A DNA stretch of 64,000 nucleotides, from contig JBODTK010000117.1 of the NCBI GenBank assembly GCA_050613775.1, forward strand, positions 62,001 to 126,000, read 5' to 3'. The notes below the pieces were generated by a model. That model made no database searches and was not told the DNA's origin. It saw nothing but the letters and a program-made list of their open reading frames with translations. Below, in pieces: positions 13,182 through 27,184 of this stretch. The position numbers and the translations under genes were made by a program. The stretch is from Neocallimastix sp. 'constans' (lineage: Eukaryota). The stretch's first letter is position 1, and each line of letters starts with the position of its first letter.

Positions 13182-14570
13182 CGTTTTGTAATAATAATTT
13201 ATAAATTGGTTTATAATTTAGAATTATTAAATTTTATAATATTTCTTGTTATTGACTTAATTTACTAAACCCAACTGAAAAATTCAATTTGGAAAAAATA
13301 TACAAATACAATGTAATTATTATTTAATTATAAATCTATTCAAAAAATATGAAATAAATAAAAAAAAAAGGTTAGGATTGAATTTTTTAAAATTTAGATA
13401 ATATTAATATATTTAATTTATATATTCATAATTTTAAAAGAAAAAATAATTCATGTGAAATTTCATTAATTATAAAATATACATATATTTGAATTGTGGA
13501 TTTCTATAAAAAAAAAAATAATATAAAAAATTAAAAAACTATATAATGAATGGATTGCTTTAGAACTGTTAATATCAAAACTATATAATTAAAGTTGGTA
13601 TTTATTTAATTACTTTATAATTTCTGTATCGCTATATAAAATTTAATATAATGAAATTATTTGAAAACAAGAAAAAAGGTATAAAATTTACCTCTTTTTT
13701 TCATATATTTTTTTGATAATTTTTTTTTGGTAATTTTTTTTATTGTTATTGATTTTTATTTTATTATTTTAATTGATTTTTATTTTTATTTTTATTTTTA
13801 TTTTTAATTTTATTTTTATTTTTAATTTTATTTTTATTTTTATTTTTTTTGTTTTGTTTTTATTTTGTGAAATTTAATTCTTTTATTAATAATTTCTTAG
13901 AAGCTTTAAAATTTTTATTATTAAAATGATTTAAGTTTTTAAAAATATATATATATAAATTTTGAAAATTTAATCTTTCAAAAATATATATATATACTTC
14001 CTTTAATAAATTTAATAAATTAGTAAATTTATTAATTGTTTTCAATGCTTTAAATAGTAGCCTATTAATAAAGAATATCAACTATTATTATTATTTTTTT
14101 TTTGTTATTATTTTTATTATTGCTTTTTTATTATTGTTTTTATTATTTCCGTGTTTTAGTTTTTTTTTTTTTTTTAAATAAATATTTAATGTTCATATTT
14201 ATGAATTATTATTCCTCTTTAATTTTTTTTTTTTTTTTTTTTTTTTTGAATAAAAAAGAATATATATATTTTAAAATATCAATAAATTAAAAAATTATTA
14301 CTTTAATATAAAAAAAAAAAATCTTTCTTAAATATTGTAACGCTTTAATAGAGGCAAAAAAAAAAAATTCTTATATAATTTTGTTTCTGTTTTTGCCTTT
14401 TACTTTTGTTTGTTTACCCTTTTTTACAAAAAAAATAATAATAATAAAAAAAGTGTATATATTTATGATATAAATTAATTGTTACTTTTTATAATATTAT
14501 TATTTAAATAAAATTCTTCTTTTTAATAATATATTATACATACCCTTCAATTTTTCAATTTAATATTTTC

Positions 14571-14620
<50 letters not shown>

Positions 14621-15333
14621 ATTTTTATTTTTTATTTTTTATTATTTTTTTTATTTCAAATACTTTTTTTTAATAATTATATTATACCTTTTCACCAAGC
14701 ACAAAGATGCTTACCGAAAAAAGAAAAATTCGTTGAAAAAAAAAAGATATTTTTAATTATAAATGCTTAAATAAATAATATGTGTATTCTATGATGAATT
14801 AATGAAATAAATAATATTTAATAGATTATTATTTATTAAATTATTTAATCTCTTTTGTTTTTGTTCTATTTATTAATCTTTATATTAAATTTGATTAGCC
14901 TGGCTAATATTTTAGAATTATCACTTGTTAATTTTACTATATATAAAAATAAAATAAGAAGATCGTTAAAATTCTTTACTCTTAATATTTAATACATAGT
15001 AAAAATATTTATAAAAAATTAATATATATATTAATAAAATTGTTTTATTTAAAATCAACATATAAATTTAGATTTATTTTTTATAACGATATAATATATA
15101 TATAAATTTATTTAAATAAATGAGAATAAAATATGATTAATTAAATTATTTTTAAATAACAATAAACTTTTATCATATAATTTTTTTTTTTTTTTTTAAT
15201 TGAATAAAACAATTTCTAGTGTAATAAATAATATATATATCACTAAATATATTGATTACTTTTTTTTTTTTTGAATAATTGTGAGTTTTTGTTTTTATTA
15301 TGAAATTTAATTTGTTTTTATTTTCTTTTTCAA

Positions 15334-15370
<37 letters not shown>

Positions 15371-17411
15371 CGTAATAAGATGATATTTATTGATATTTAT
15401 TATATAATGTTTTAAAATTTGCTTAAAGCATAATCAAATTAAATAATTTTTATCTTTAAAACATGATTTAACATTCAATGAATAGGATTAAGTTTTCACT
15501 TTTTTTTTTTTTATTTCATTATTTTAAAATTTATTAGAACTTATTTTTTCTTTTATTTCTTAATGCCTTTAAATTTTTAGTCTTTTGTTATATCAATTAA
15601 CTTCTATACATTTAAAGAAAAAATAAATAAAAAAAAAAAAAAAAAATTGAACTTATTTAGAAAAAAAAAAAGGAAAACCCTTTTTTTTTATATAAACTTT
15701 TTTTTTTTACTATACTATATTATATACTGTATTTTTATGGAAGTACTATAAAAAGTTTATTACTTAAATAAATAAAAAACAAATAAATAAAAAAAAAAAA
15801 AAAAAAAAAGCATATACAATAAAATGTTCTTGAAAAAAAAAAATATATATATATATATAATATATTTACATTTATTATATTTAAAAGAAATTAGCTAGTA
15901 TACTTTATTGTATCTCCTAGTATGAGTATTATTGTTATTTATTAATAAATATTAATTTATTAATATATCAATTATCAATTATATTTTAAAAATTTGATTT
16001 TAATAAATAAGTATTATTATTTTCAAATTATATATAGATTTTTAAATAATATTTTATTAATTATTACTTGAATCACAACTTCTTAGTTTATAATTTCATT
16101 TTAAATTATTACTTTTCATTTGAAAAGATCGTTTCATAATTTTTACTCTTTTTCTTTAATTCTTTTCAATATTTCCTTTATATTTTTAAATATTATAATT
16201 ATTTAAAATTATATTTAACTTTAATTACTATTAAATATTATTATAAAGTATATTAAAAAAAATTAAATCTTAAATATAATTAAAATAAAGTAACAAAAAA
16301 AATTTTTTTTTTTGATTAAATTATAAAAAGAAAATTATTAAAAAAGGAAATTTTCATTATATTTATATGATATATGTTTTTATAAGTAAAGTTTTATTTT
16401 AAATTAATAATTTAAAATCATAATATAAATTAATATATAGAATTGTACTATTATATTATAAAATATTGTAATATATTGAAATAATATTATTATATATATA
16501 AATTAATATAAATTTTAATTAAAAAAGGAATAAAAAAAAGAATATGCAAAAAAATTTATTAATTTATATTTTTTTCAAATAAATATATATATCAATTTAT
16601 AAAAAAAAACATTTATATATAAAAACATATAAATATATCAATTTTTTATTATTATTTATTATATATTATAAATATTTATTTATTTATTTAGATATATATT
16701 TATTTACATATATTTATTTATTTATTTGTTTATTTATATAATTGCACTTTTTTTTTTTATAAGAATTTAGATATTTCCTTTTAATATTCGACCATTCATC
16801 TATATACTTTTAAAATCGTTTGTTTAGTTAAAAAAAATAAATTCATAATTATACAAATTTTGAATAAATAGGTCAGTACATTTTTTTTAATTACTTATTT
16901 CTTTTATTTATTTAAAAAATTTTATATTTAATTGCATTGAGTATACTCTTTAATTTTTCATTCTTTAAGAATAGTTAATATAATTAACTGCTAAATTTCA
17001 TTATAGAAATAAAAGAAACGAAATTAGTGATGTACCTTATAATGTATATTATTAACAGTAATTTTAAATTTATTTAATATTAATTAATTATTGATTGAAT
17101 ATAAATATTTGAAAAGTTTTCTTTTATTAAAATATATTTTGATTCTAGTTTTTATTATGTATTTTTAATTATTAATTTCATAAAAAGTTTTTAACAAACT
17201 ATAACAAATCAATTTAAATAATATATTATTATAATATTGTAATATATTATATTAATTAAAATACAAACTAATTAATGCATTGTGTAACGTATTAAATGTA
17301 TATTTCAAATAAATATTTAATTCTTTAAATTATTATATATAATATTTATTTTTATTATTATTACTATATATTATTAATATAATTTTTTTTTTTAGGTTTT
17401 TTTTTTAGGTC

Positions 17412-17516
17412 TACATATATATATATGGAGCTTTTCTTTTATGTAATTTATTATTTATATATTTATATTTACTGTTAGTACAACCTAAGTAATGTAGTAT
17501 TCAATACATGTGCTCT
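17412..17516. repeat. Dispersed repeat family 3, copy 1
   Basis: TACTGTTAGTACAACCTA...TATTCAAT..ATGTG and ATGG.GC.TTTCTT match the reverse complement of 59630-59718. Confidence 0.55.
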
Positions 17517-17538
17517 GCCATGAACAAGTTATTGACCT

Positions 17539-17578
<40 letters not shown>

Positions 17579-17704
17579 AAAAATAATTTAATAATTACTA
17601 CTTTATTGAATATCACATTAATATTACTAACTTATTTATATATCTAATAAAGAATATAATAAACTAAAAAGGAATTTTTTTTTTTTTTTTTTTTTTTTAG
17701 ACAG

Positions 17705-18113
17705 GGAAGAGAATACACTTCCAAAACTTTATTAATTTTATTATAAAAAATACATGTAGGTGAAAAGTACATTTGAAATTAAAAATAAAAAATTAAAAAA
17801 TAAAAAAATAAAAAGCTCGAAATTACTATGTATTTCGGCAAGTTGTACTATGCGGGAATTTTTCCCTTCCTATCAAATAAAAAAGAAATAAAACCTAGAA
17901 GTAACATCTTTAAAATAGATAGTGTGGTGTCCACTAAACTCTCCCCGGACTCATCATTTATTGAACTACTAGGGAGAGATTCATCCTTCGTAGCAATAGA
18001 TGACGATCCTGTATTATCATTATGCCTTATCAGTACGACGTCGACGCTCTTGGATAAGTTTGGTATTTTGCAATACCTATCAAATAATAGCTCAAACGAA
18101 CTACTAATGAAAC
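17705..18113 (-). pseudogene. Dispersed repeat family 1, partial copy (module B side)
   Basis: Shares GGAAGAGAATACACTTC (17705-17721 = 27434-27450), AAGTAACATCTTTAAAATA.ATAGTGTGGT.TCCACTAAACTCTCCCC and TGCC.TATC.GTACGACGTC..C.CTCTTGG with 27434-27900. Confidence 0.7.
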
Positions 18114-18282
18114 TAAAAAGGAAAAAAAAGAATCATTTTAAGAATAAAATTGATAATACTTAATAGATGTTACATATTAAAAAATAATATAATCTATAAT
18201 GATGCAGATACTACATGGATATTATAAGGATATTATTATCTAAGAAAAAAAAATTACATGTAATGTACCATTATCTATTAAT

Positions 18283-18512
18283 TTATTTATTTATTATTTA
18301 TTATTTATTATTTATTATTTATTATTTATTATTTATTATCTATTAATTTATCATCTATTATTCATTATTTATTATTTATCATTTATTATTTATTTATTAT
18401 TTATTATTTATTATTTATTATTTATTATTTATTATTTATTATTTATTATTTATTATTTATTATTTATTATTTATTATTATTTATTATTTATTATTATTTA
18501 TTATTTATTATT
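18283..18512. repeat. (TTATTTA)n-type minisatellite
   Basis: Degenerate 7-mer tandem array. Confidence 0.75.
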
Positions 18513-19891
18513 CAATTATTTATATTTATTATTTACTCAATTATTTTTTAATTAATTAATTAAATATGATATTTTTTTTCGGTCAAAAAAAAAAATATTA
18601 ACTATATTTTAAATTTTGTACAATAATAACTAAAAAAATTATTGGATTAAATTTTATTTATAAACTAATATGATATTGTGTAACAACAAAAAATAATTAA
18701 TATTGTTCAGAGAATTTAATGAACGATATATTAATGTATATATCAATATATAATGTGAAAACTTCATTAATTAAAAAAAAGGATAAATTAATATTTAAAA
18801 AAAAAAAAAAAGTAAGCAAAAATTTTAAATTAAATTTAATTTAATATAAATATAAATATAAAACATAGATTAAATTAATATAAAAAGAAATATTAAATAG
18901 AATTTGATTTTTAAGTATCTTTTCATTTGAATATTATATAATACAACATTAACAAGTTTGATTAAAGTTCAAAATTTAATTCTTTGTTGTTGTGGATATC
19001 TAATGAAAAATATATAAAAATTAAAAATAAAAAAAAAAAAATAAAAATAAAAATAAAAATTATAAATTAAATAATAAATTTCAACGTATTTTTATATTTT
19101 ATTATTTTTTTTATACCAAATCATCTCAAGTTTTTATAACATCATTGGTATAAAATATTTATAAAAAATTAGTTTATAAAGTTTTCTTCACTTTGTAATT
19201 AAATTAGTTTCATTGACATATAATATTAATAGTTTAAAGAAGAAAAAAAAAAATATATATATATATATATAATCAAAAAATTATAGATAATAATACTATT
19301 TAATATTATTTATATTAAGAGTTTGAAATTTAACTTTCTATTTACTAGTATTTTGTTAATAATTATTTAGAATATCGAAAAAAAAAGAAATAAAATACAT
19401 ATATATACTTGACTATTAATAAACTCATCCTCTTACAATATTTATTTCAATTAAAAAAAAAAAATGAATAGAATACATAATATATATATTTACCTTATTT
19501 TATTTTAATTTTATTGTTTATTAATAATTATTATTAATTTATATTTTTATTATATTTATAAATATTAGTTATAGAAAAAAATAAAATAAAAATAAAAATT
19601 ATTACGATAATAGTAAATAAATTAAAAATATTAAATGTATATATATAAAGTGAAAAAAGAATTATAAATTAAATATATATATATAAAATTAATAATAATA
19701 ATAAAAAAAAAAAAATAAAAAATAAAAATATAAAAATTTATTTATATGATTATATGCTTGTATTTAAATTTGTATTATATTATATATATATTTCTTTATT
19801 CTATTCTATTAATAATGAATGATTAATAATCAATTTATATTATATTGTTATATCATTTTTTATCTAAGAAATAAAAGAAATAATGTTAATG

Positions 19892-19924
<33 letters not shown>

Positions 19925-19935
19925 TTTTTTTATTT

Positions 19936-22143
19936 TTATTTTTTAAGTGAATTTAATAATTGTAATTGTCGAGTAAGTCTTCTGGATGTTTTAGGCTTGG
20001 TCTATTTTTTTTAATATAAATTAATATAAGTTAATATATATAAAATATTGAAAATAAAACAAAATAAAATAAAAATAAAATAAATATATATATAAAATAT
20101 TGAAAATAAAATAAAATAAAAATAAAAATAAAAAAAAAAACAATTTAAAATAAAATAAAAATAAAATAAATAGTTGAAATATAAATATAAAATACAGATT
20201 TAATAAAATAAAACAAAATAAAATAAAAATAAAAATAAAAATAAAATAAATAGTTGAAATATAAATATAAAATACAGATTTAATAAAATAAAACAAAATA
20301 AAATAAAAATAAAAATAAAAATACATACATCAGTATCATTTGTGGCATTTTTGGCTTCCATCGATTTAAAGGAACGAATTGCATTAGAAATAGAGGCATT
20401 GGCATTGGCATTGGCTACTGCCTTTTGTTGTTGTTCTATTTGTTTCCTTTCTCGAGAGAGTTTCTCAATGATATCTTCTTTAGATTCTTCAGATTCTTCA
20501 GAATCTGAATTAATAAATATATCATCAATGGCATCTGAGGAATTACGCATATTATTAAAGAAATCACTATTGGAATGACTCATGGTAAAGAAATTACTAG
20601 AATTTTCATCATGAAAATCTTTCTTTTCTTCTTCATTTTCAAATTTATCATTATTTATATCCTGACGAATAAGATCATTAATATATTGATTTTCTTTAAC
20701 TCTCTCTTTAAATTTATTCTCATTAAGAATAAAGGAAAACATCGGAGTATTGTTGTTGCTGTTATTGTTGTTATTGTCTTTTATATTATCATCATTACCC
20801 TTATTATTCTTAACTGAACTAGTGGAGGAAGAAAAAGAAAAGATATCTTGATCTGAAGTAGAATTTGGTTTCATTAAGAAGTTTGATTTACTCTCTGTTA
20901 TCGATTTTTCTGTCGGTGCCTTTTTATCATGTAAATGTTGTTTTTGATTCATAGCTTGAAGAAGATTTAATTGACGTGATAGACGATAATTACCATTGAG
21001 ATTATTTTGATAAAGAAGATCTTCAAGACTTTTTGAATCAGAAGTAGGTAATAGTGAGGAGGTATTAGTCGATAGATTAGATTTAACTAATGTCTCATTT
21101 TCTTCACCTTCTATTCTGTCATAATTTTTATTTTTAAATGCATCTTCATCATTATCATTTGAATATTCATTTGATAATTGAGAAGAACTTTCCTCAAGAT
21201 CAGAAAGGAAATTGAAATCATTAATATAAGCATTTAACAAAGTTTTATTGTTTTTTAAAAAGGTTTCATAACGTGTACATTTCTTTTCCTTTAAAATTTT
21301 ATATTGTTCTAAAACATATTCATAGAATTCTTCTCCACTTTTTTTTATTTTTTATTTTTTATTTTTATTTTTTTTTTTTTTTTTTTAATTTATTAAATAA
21401 AATTTATTTTAATATTAATTATTATATATATATATATATTTAATATAAAAAATATTTAATATTTAATTTTTTTTTTTTTTAAACTATATTCATATTATTA
21501 ATTTTACCATAAATCTGAAGTATCATAAATTTCATCAAATAAAATAGATGATGAATCAATTTGATTATTTGATGAAGGCTTTGATCCAGTAATATCTTCT
21601 TCTTTAGCTAAATTTAAATACAATGCCATATAATGTAAAGCTTCAACGCTATAATCAATAAATTCTTTTTCCATAAATACATCCTACATATAAATATAAT
21701 TGGGTATTATTAAAAATGGAAATTTATAATAAAATAATAATAATAATAATAACAACAATAATAATAATAATTATTATTATTATTGTTGTTGTTGTTGTTG
21801 TTGTTTTTTCCTATTAGTTTATATATATATAATTTATAAAAAGTAAGTTAATTATTTTGGTTTATTGAATTTTTTACCATTAAATGAAGACCAAGAAAAC
21901 CCCATATATCTTTTAAAAAGTTCTTTTTATAATTATTAACTTCACCACGAATTTCTAAAATAGTGTTGTTAATTTCTTCTTGTGAATAAATATCGGAAAT
22001 CATATATTTATATTTTTCCTATATAACAAATATATATATATATATATATATATAGAATTAATTAGAATAAAATTAAGATTAAAAAATATTTTAATTATTA
22101 ATTTAAAATATATCAGATGAAATCTAAATTGATGCGTATATTC

Positions 22144-22195
<52 letters not shown>

Positions 22196-22608
22196 TATAT
22201 AATAATAATAATAATAATAAATCAAGAATATAATATTATAGGTGAATATTTACTCTTCCGTATGTAGCAACTAAAGAATACCAAAATTTAGTGGCTTTAG
22301 AGGAAACAGTCGCAATTGGATGTTGTATAACAGAAAGGAAAAATGTTTGACCAACAGAAACTTCAGATTTGAAAAGATTTTTATTGCAAGAACATTTAAT
22401 ATGACGTTGTATAATAAGAATAAGGAAGAAACATGTAATATCTTCTAATGTAATATCATTTTGACTATTTAAATAAGATAACTATAACGAATTTTTTTTT
22501 AAATATATATATATATTAATAAGTATTACTGAATAATAATATTTAATTATATTCATATTTATATATTTTCTTATTCGTTATTATTAGACTTATTATTATT
22601 ATTATTAG

Positions 22609-22650
<42 letters not shown>

Positions 22651-23294
22651 TTATTAATTTACATTTAAATATTCTGGGATATTTGGGAAAAGGAATCTTA
22701 AATATTTATGAAATGAGCCATCGTACATATGCCACATACATATATTTAATATTCTATTAAATATTATATTTATATAAAAAATAAAACAAATAAATATAAT
22801 AAAATAAAATTAAGAAAGTATCATAATATAAATAAAAATAATAAAATAAAATAAAATAAAATAAAATATTATAAAATATTATAAAATAAAATTAAAATTT
22901 AATTTTTTATAATTTATTCTATATTCTATATTATATATTATAATAGAATATAAAAATTTATAATAAATAATAATTACTTATTCAAATTCCATGGATCATG
23001 AATAATAAAAATATCTGTGGTAAAGTAATTCTCTAATGGAAATTGATAATCTTCAAAGTCATCACATTGATTTAAATTAGTATAAATTAGATCTAAATGA
23101 CTATCTTTGAAAAGGAAAATACGAGTTTCTTTCTCGCCAATAATAACTGATTCAGTTGCGCTTTTTGAATTAGAAGATAATATAACATCTTCTTCCGAAA
23201 TTTCTGATTAATATAATTTATATATATAAAAAAATAATGACATGATATTATTATTACTATTATTATTATTATAAAATAATGATAATTACTTTTT

Positions 23295-23338
<44 letters not shown>

Positions 23339-23800
23339 CTTAATTTTTTTAACTTATTTACTTATTTATTCTATTACTTACCATCCATTTCATTATCAGG
23401 AGATTCTGGTGGTGGTTGTTTAAGCCAGGAAAGATCATAACATAATATATATGAAATTAGATGATAAAATGAATCACTTAAGCGTTCACAAATACCCAAG
23501 GATTGTTGAAAACTAATTTTTTCATTATCATCTAAATTGATACTGGTAAGTTTTGAAACCTCTTCTGGATTATTTAATTTTTCTACACTTGGTAAACTAG
23601 ATAAACTTAAACTAGATAAACTGGTAAACAAACTTTTATTAAAGAATTTAGGTTGTTTTATTTTTTTATCAATATCTTCTAATAGGGTTTCATTATAAGA
23701 AGATTTTATTGCTTTATCATCTAAAGTTTGTAATTCATTCATTAAATCACCATCTTGATCTTTAAACGTTTTAAATTTAAATTATCAATAAATATATAGC

Positions 23801-23862
<62 letters not shown>

Positions 23863-25862
23863 TAACAGAAATAACAAAATAAAAATAAAGAGATAATATA
23901 ATAATAAATAAATTAATAAATAAATAAATAAATAAATTATTAATTATTATGATGATAAGACATACAAGCAAAACATAATCTCCAACAGGCATAAGATTCT
24001 TTAATAGTAGAATACCACATTTCATCACTTTGTTCACATTCTCTCATTATTTTTTCAATTTTAATAGCTTTATTCTTAATATATCTTGAGATAAATTCCT
24101 ATCATAAATAATTTAAAAAAAAATTTTTTTTAATACTTCCTTTTTTTTTTACTTTATACCATAAAAATAAAAAATAATTTTTAATTTACTTATATAAAAA
24201 AAATTTAATAATATTATAAAATTATATTATATTATTATTGATGTTGCTTGTTATTTTTAAATTATACAGTAATTAAAAAAAAAAAGGGAAAATTATTGAA
24301 AATAATAATAATAATAATAAAACCTTTACTTGTTTAACAGCATAACTATTTTCATTTATTAATTCATCTTCACATTTTGGAATTTTATTATTAATGGCGT
24401 CCTTTAATTTTGCTAATTCTTCTTTACCTTCTTCACCGCTATAATTAATAAAAAAAAATTTTTTAAAATAAAAAAAAAAAGATTATATATATAATGTTAT
24501 AATAATTATATAATATTATAAAATATTTGTTAATATATATATACTTTTCTAAATAAAGTCTAGCAATATTATCTAATGCAAATATATATTCAGCCCAAAC
24601 TTCAAGTTTTAACAATTCTTTATTTTGACTTTTATGGAATATTTCATCCCAAAACGTGGTTTCAAATGAATCTAAATAACCTTTCACAAACTGATTCCAC
24701 TTTAAGCTATGCCTATAATCCCATGAATGTTTAATTATATGAACCCAACAACTAAAATAGATATTAATATTTTAATTATTATTAATTACATTTAACATTG
24801 ATTCATATAACATATATAACATATATATAACTATATATTTATTTAATATTTTTTTTTTATTGACCAACCTTTCAAAATCATAATATTTAATTGAATTTAA
24901 AATTTTAAATTGAAAGTCGAAATTTAAAGAGATTTCTGGTATATCTAATAAGTAGCAAAGATCAACTAAAATTTCTTCTCTTTTTTCCTTAACTAATTAA
25001 ATTTCATATATATATATATATATTATATAATTAACATTTTTTTTCATTTTTTTTTTTTTTTTTTTTTATTTTCTTTAAAAATAATAGTATAATAATAACT
25101 TTTAAAATTTATATAAACCTGTATTAATTCCTTTCTCTATAATTTTATTATAAAAAAACTCTATCATTTGAAGAGTACGTTGATTATAATGACCTGTTAA
25201 TTGTCTTAAACTTTAGTGAAAAATGAAAAAATAAAATAAAGATATAATTTAATAATTGCTATGTAGGTAATTTAAATTGAAATAATCTTACTAATTATAA
25301 ATATTTACTTTTGTAATAATTTTATAGCTTCATAACAATCCTCTTCATAATTATTATTTCTATTATTTATTTTTTGATTGACTATATGCATAATTGATGC
25401 AATAACTAATATATTTAATAAATATATATATACAAATAATATAGTTTATATTTTGATATATTATGTTAATAATTGAGTTTTTTTTTTTTTTTTTCTTTAA
25501 CAAAAAAAAAAAGGAACAATAAATAAAACTGAATATATAAAATTTTATTTTTTGTGTTTATAATAACCTTCAATAGAAAATTTTTCTTTTTGACTTTTAT
25601 TTTTTGTTAATTCAAAGCATCTATATATAAGGTGAGAAATTTTCATTGTATATTATAAGATTGAGAAATTTTTATTGTATATTAAGAAAATTTAAATTGA
25701 TAGTAAATGTATGCATTTCATTATATTAGTTTAGAAAGAACGAAATAATTAGAATTAATAAATATATATATAAACAATTTAATTTACTTTTCAAATTCCT
25801 TTTTTGAGTTAAGAAACTTTTTTTGATGTAAATATATAAAGCCTAAATATGAAGAAAGCTTT

Positions 25863-25923
<61 letters not shown>

Positions 25924-26242
25924 ATATATATATATATAATAATAATAATAATAAGATAAAATTAATCATTTTTTAAATAATTTTATTGTAGTTCTCTTTT
26001 TCATTTTTATTATTTGTTTTAATTATATTTTATTGTTAATTGCAAATGAATTGATTAATAATTACTTGAACTTGGTTAATTTTCTTTTCTAATAACTTTT
26101 TTATATATTTTTCAGCTTTTTGAAGCCATAACTATTAATATTTTTATATTATTATCATAAAACATTTTAAAATTGAATAAAAAAAATAAATAAAAATAAG
26201 ATAGATAGATATATATTAGTAATAAATTATTATTTTATCTTT

Positions 26243-26298
<56 letters not shown>

Positions 26299-26505
26299 TA
26301 AAGTAAAACTATTTAAAATGATTTCGATTAGTATAAATCTTGCATTAAATAAATATATATTCTATAATTACAAATAAATATATTATGAAAATATTCATAA
26401 ATCGTTATAATAAATAAACTTAGATTTACGTACAGCATCTTTTGGATTATTATCCCAATTTTGAAATGCTTTATCTATAGATTTAATACAAATCCTTTCA
26501 ACCAT
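19936..26505 (-). CDS. 18-exon TPR/alpha-helical protein (~1112 aa), putative Nup358/RanBP2 N-terminal-domain-like protein with a disordered C-terminal tail
   Basis: Hand-spliced exons: 26505-26434, 26131-26066, 25858-25788, 25620-25568, 25405-25309, 25210-25119, 24992-24869, 24751-24545, 24438-24330, 24098-23966, 23759-23382, 23203-22978, 22753-22663, 22481-22254, 22018-21878, 21683-21508, 21337-20329, 20001-19936. All introns are GT..AG and phases are consistent, giving 3339 nt with no internal stop. TPR-like start (LQKAEKYIKKLL...YLGFIYLHQKKFLNSKKEFEKCFEL). The gene's existence is well supported; the product call and exact start are less certain. Confidence 0.75.
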
Positions 26506-26837
26506 CTCCTTATTTAAATTACTTCATTCAAAATAGAAGGAAAAAATATATAATTATATAATATTATAATAAAAATACATAAATAATAATATTATTATTA
26601 TTTTATTGGGCTTATTATTATTGTTGTTTTAGTAAATTAAATTTTTAAAATATAATTTCAAATTGGATTTCAAGATTAAATAATAACACTAAAAAAAAAT
26701 AATTTTTTTTTTTTTTTTTTTTTAATTGAAAAAAATATTTGATTAAAAATAAATTTTTTAATTTCAAAATCTAACCTCTAATAATAAAAATTAAAAAAAG
26801 ATATATTCAATCCACAAAATTTACAAATTAGTTTATT

Positions 26838-26968
<131 letters not shown>

Positions 26969-27184
26969 TTTTCATCTTTTACTCATTAAATATAAAATTA
27001 TTAACCAAAATTTCTTTTTTATATATAATAATATATTATTAATATTAAAATCATCGTATATGTATATAAAATAAATATAAAAATATATATATATGTATTA
27101 TTAAATAACTTTTTTAAAGTAATTTTTTATAAATTATAATAATAATAGTAACAATATAAATAATATAAATTAAAATAAAAATAT

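Noticed and set aside
13860..14290. Short F/L/I/Y/K-rich ORFs here and at 20021, 23777, 41754, 42181, 43405, 44394, 47565, 61524 and 63691
   Set aside because: They are translations of homopolymers and microsatellites in introns or spacers, many starting at TTG/GTG/CTG.
17828..18163. 111-aa plus-strand ORF (and 27859-28092 +)
   Set aside because: It shares wobble positions with the minus-strand frame of repeat family 1 and has an S/L/I/T-rich antisense-like composition. Treated as a shadow of the decayed minus-strand gene.
20200..21240. 346-aa ORF as a standalone gene with a hydrophobic C-terminus
   Set aside because: It is exon 17 of the spliced gene. The F/I/L/Y tail is read-through past the GTATGT donor at 20328 into a repetitive intron.
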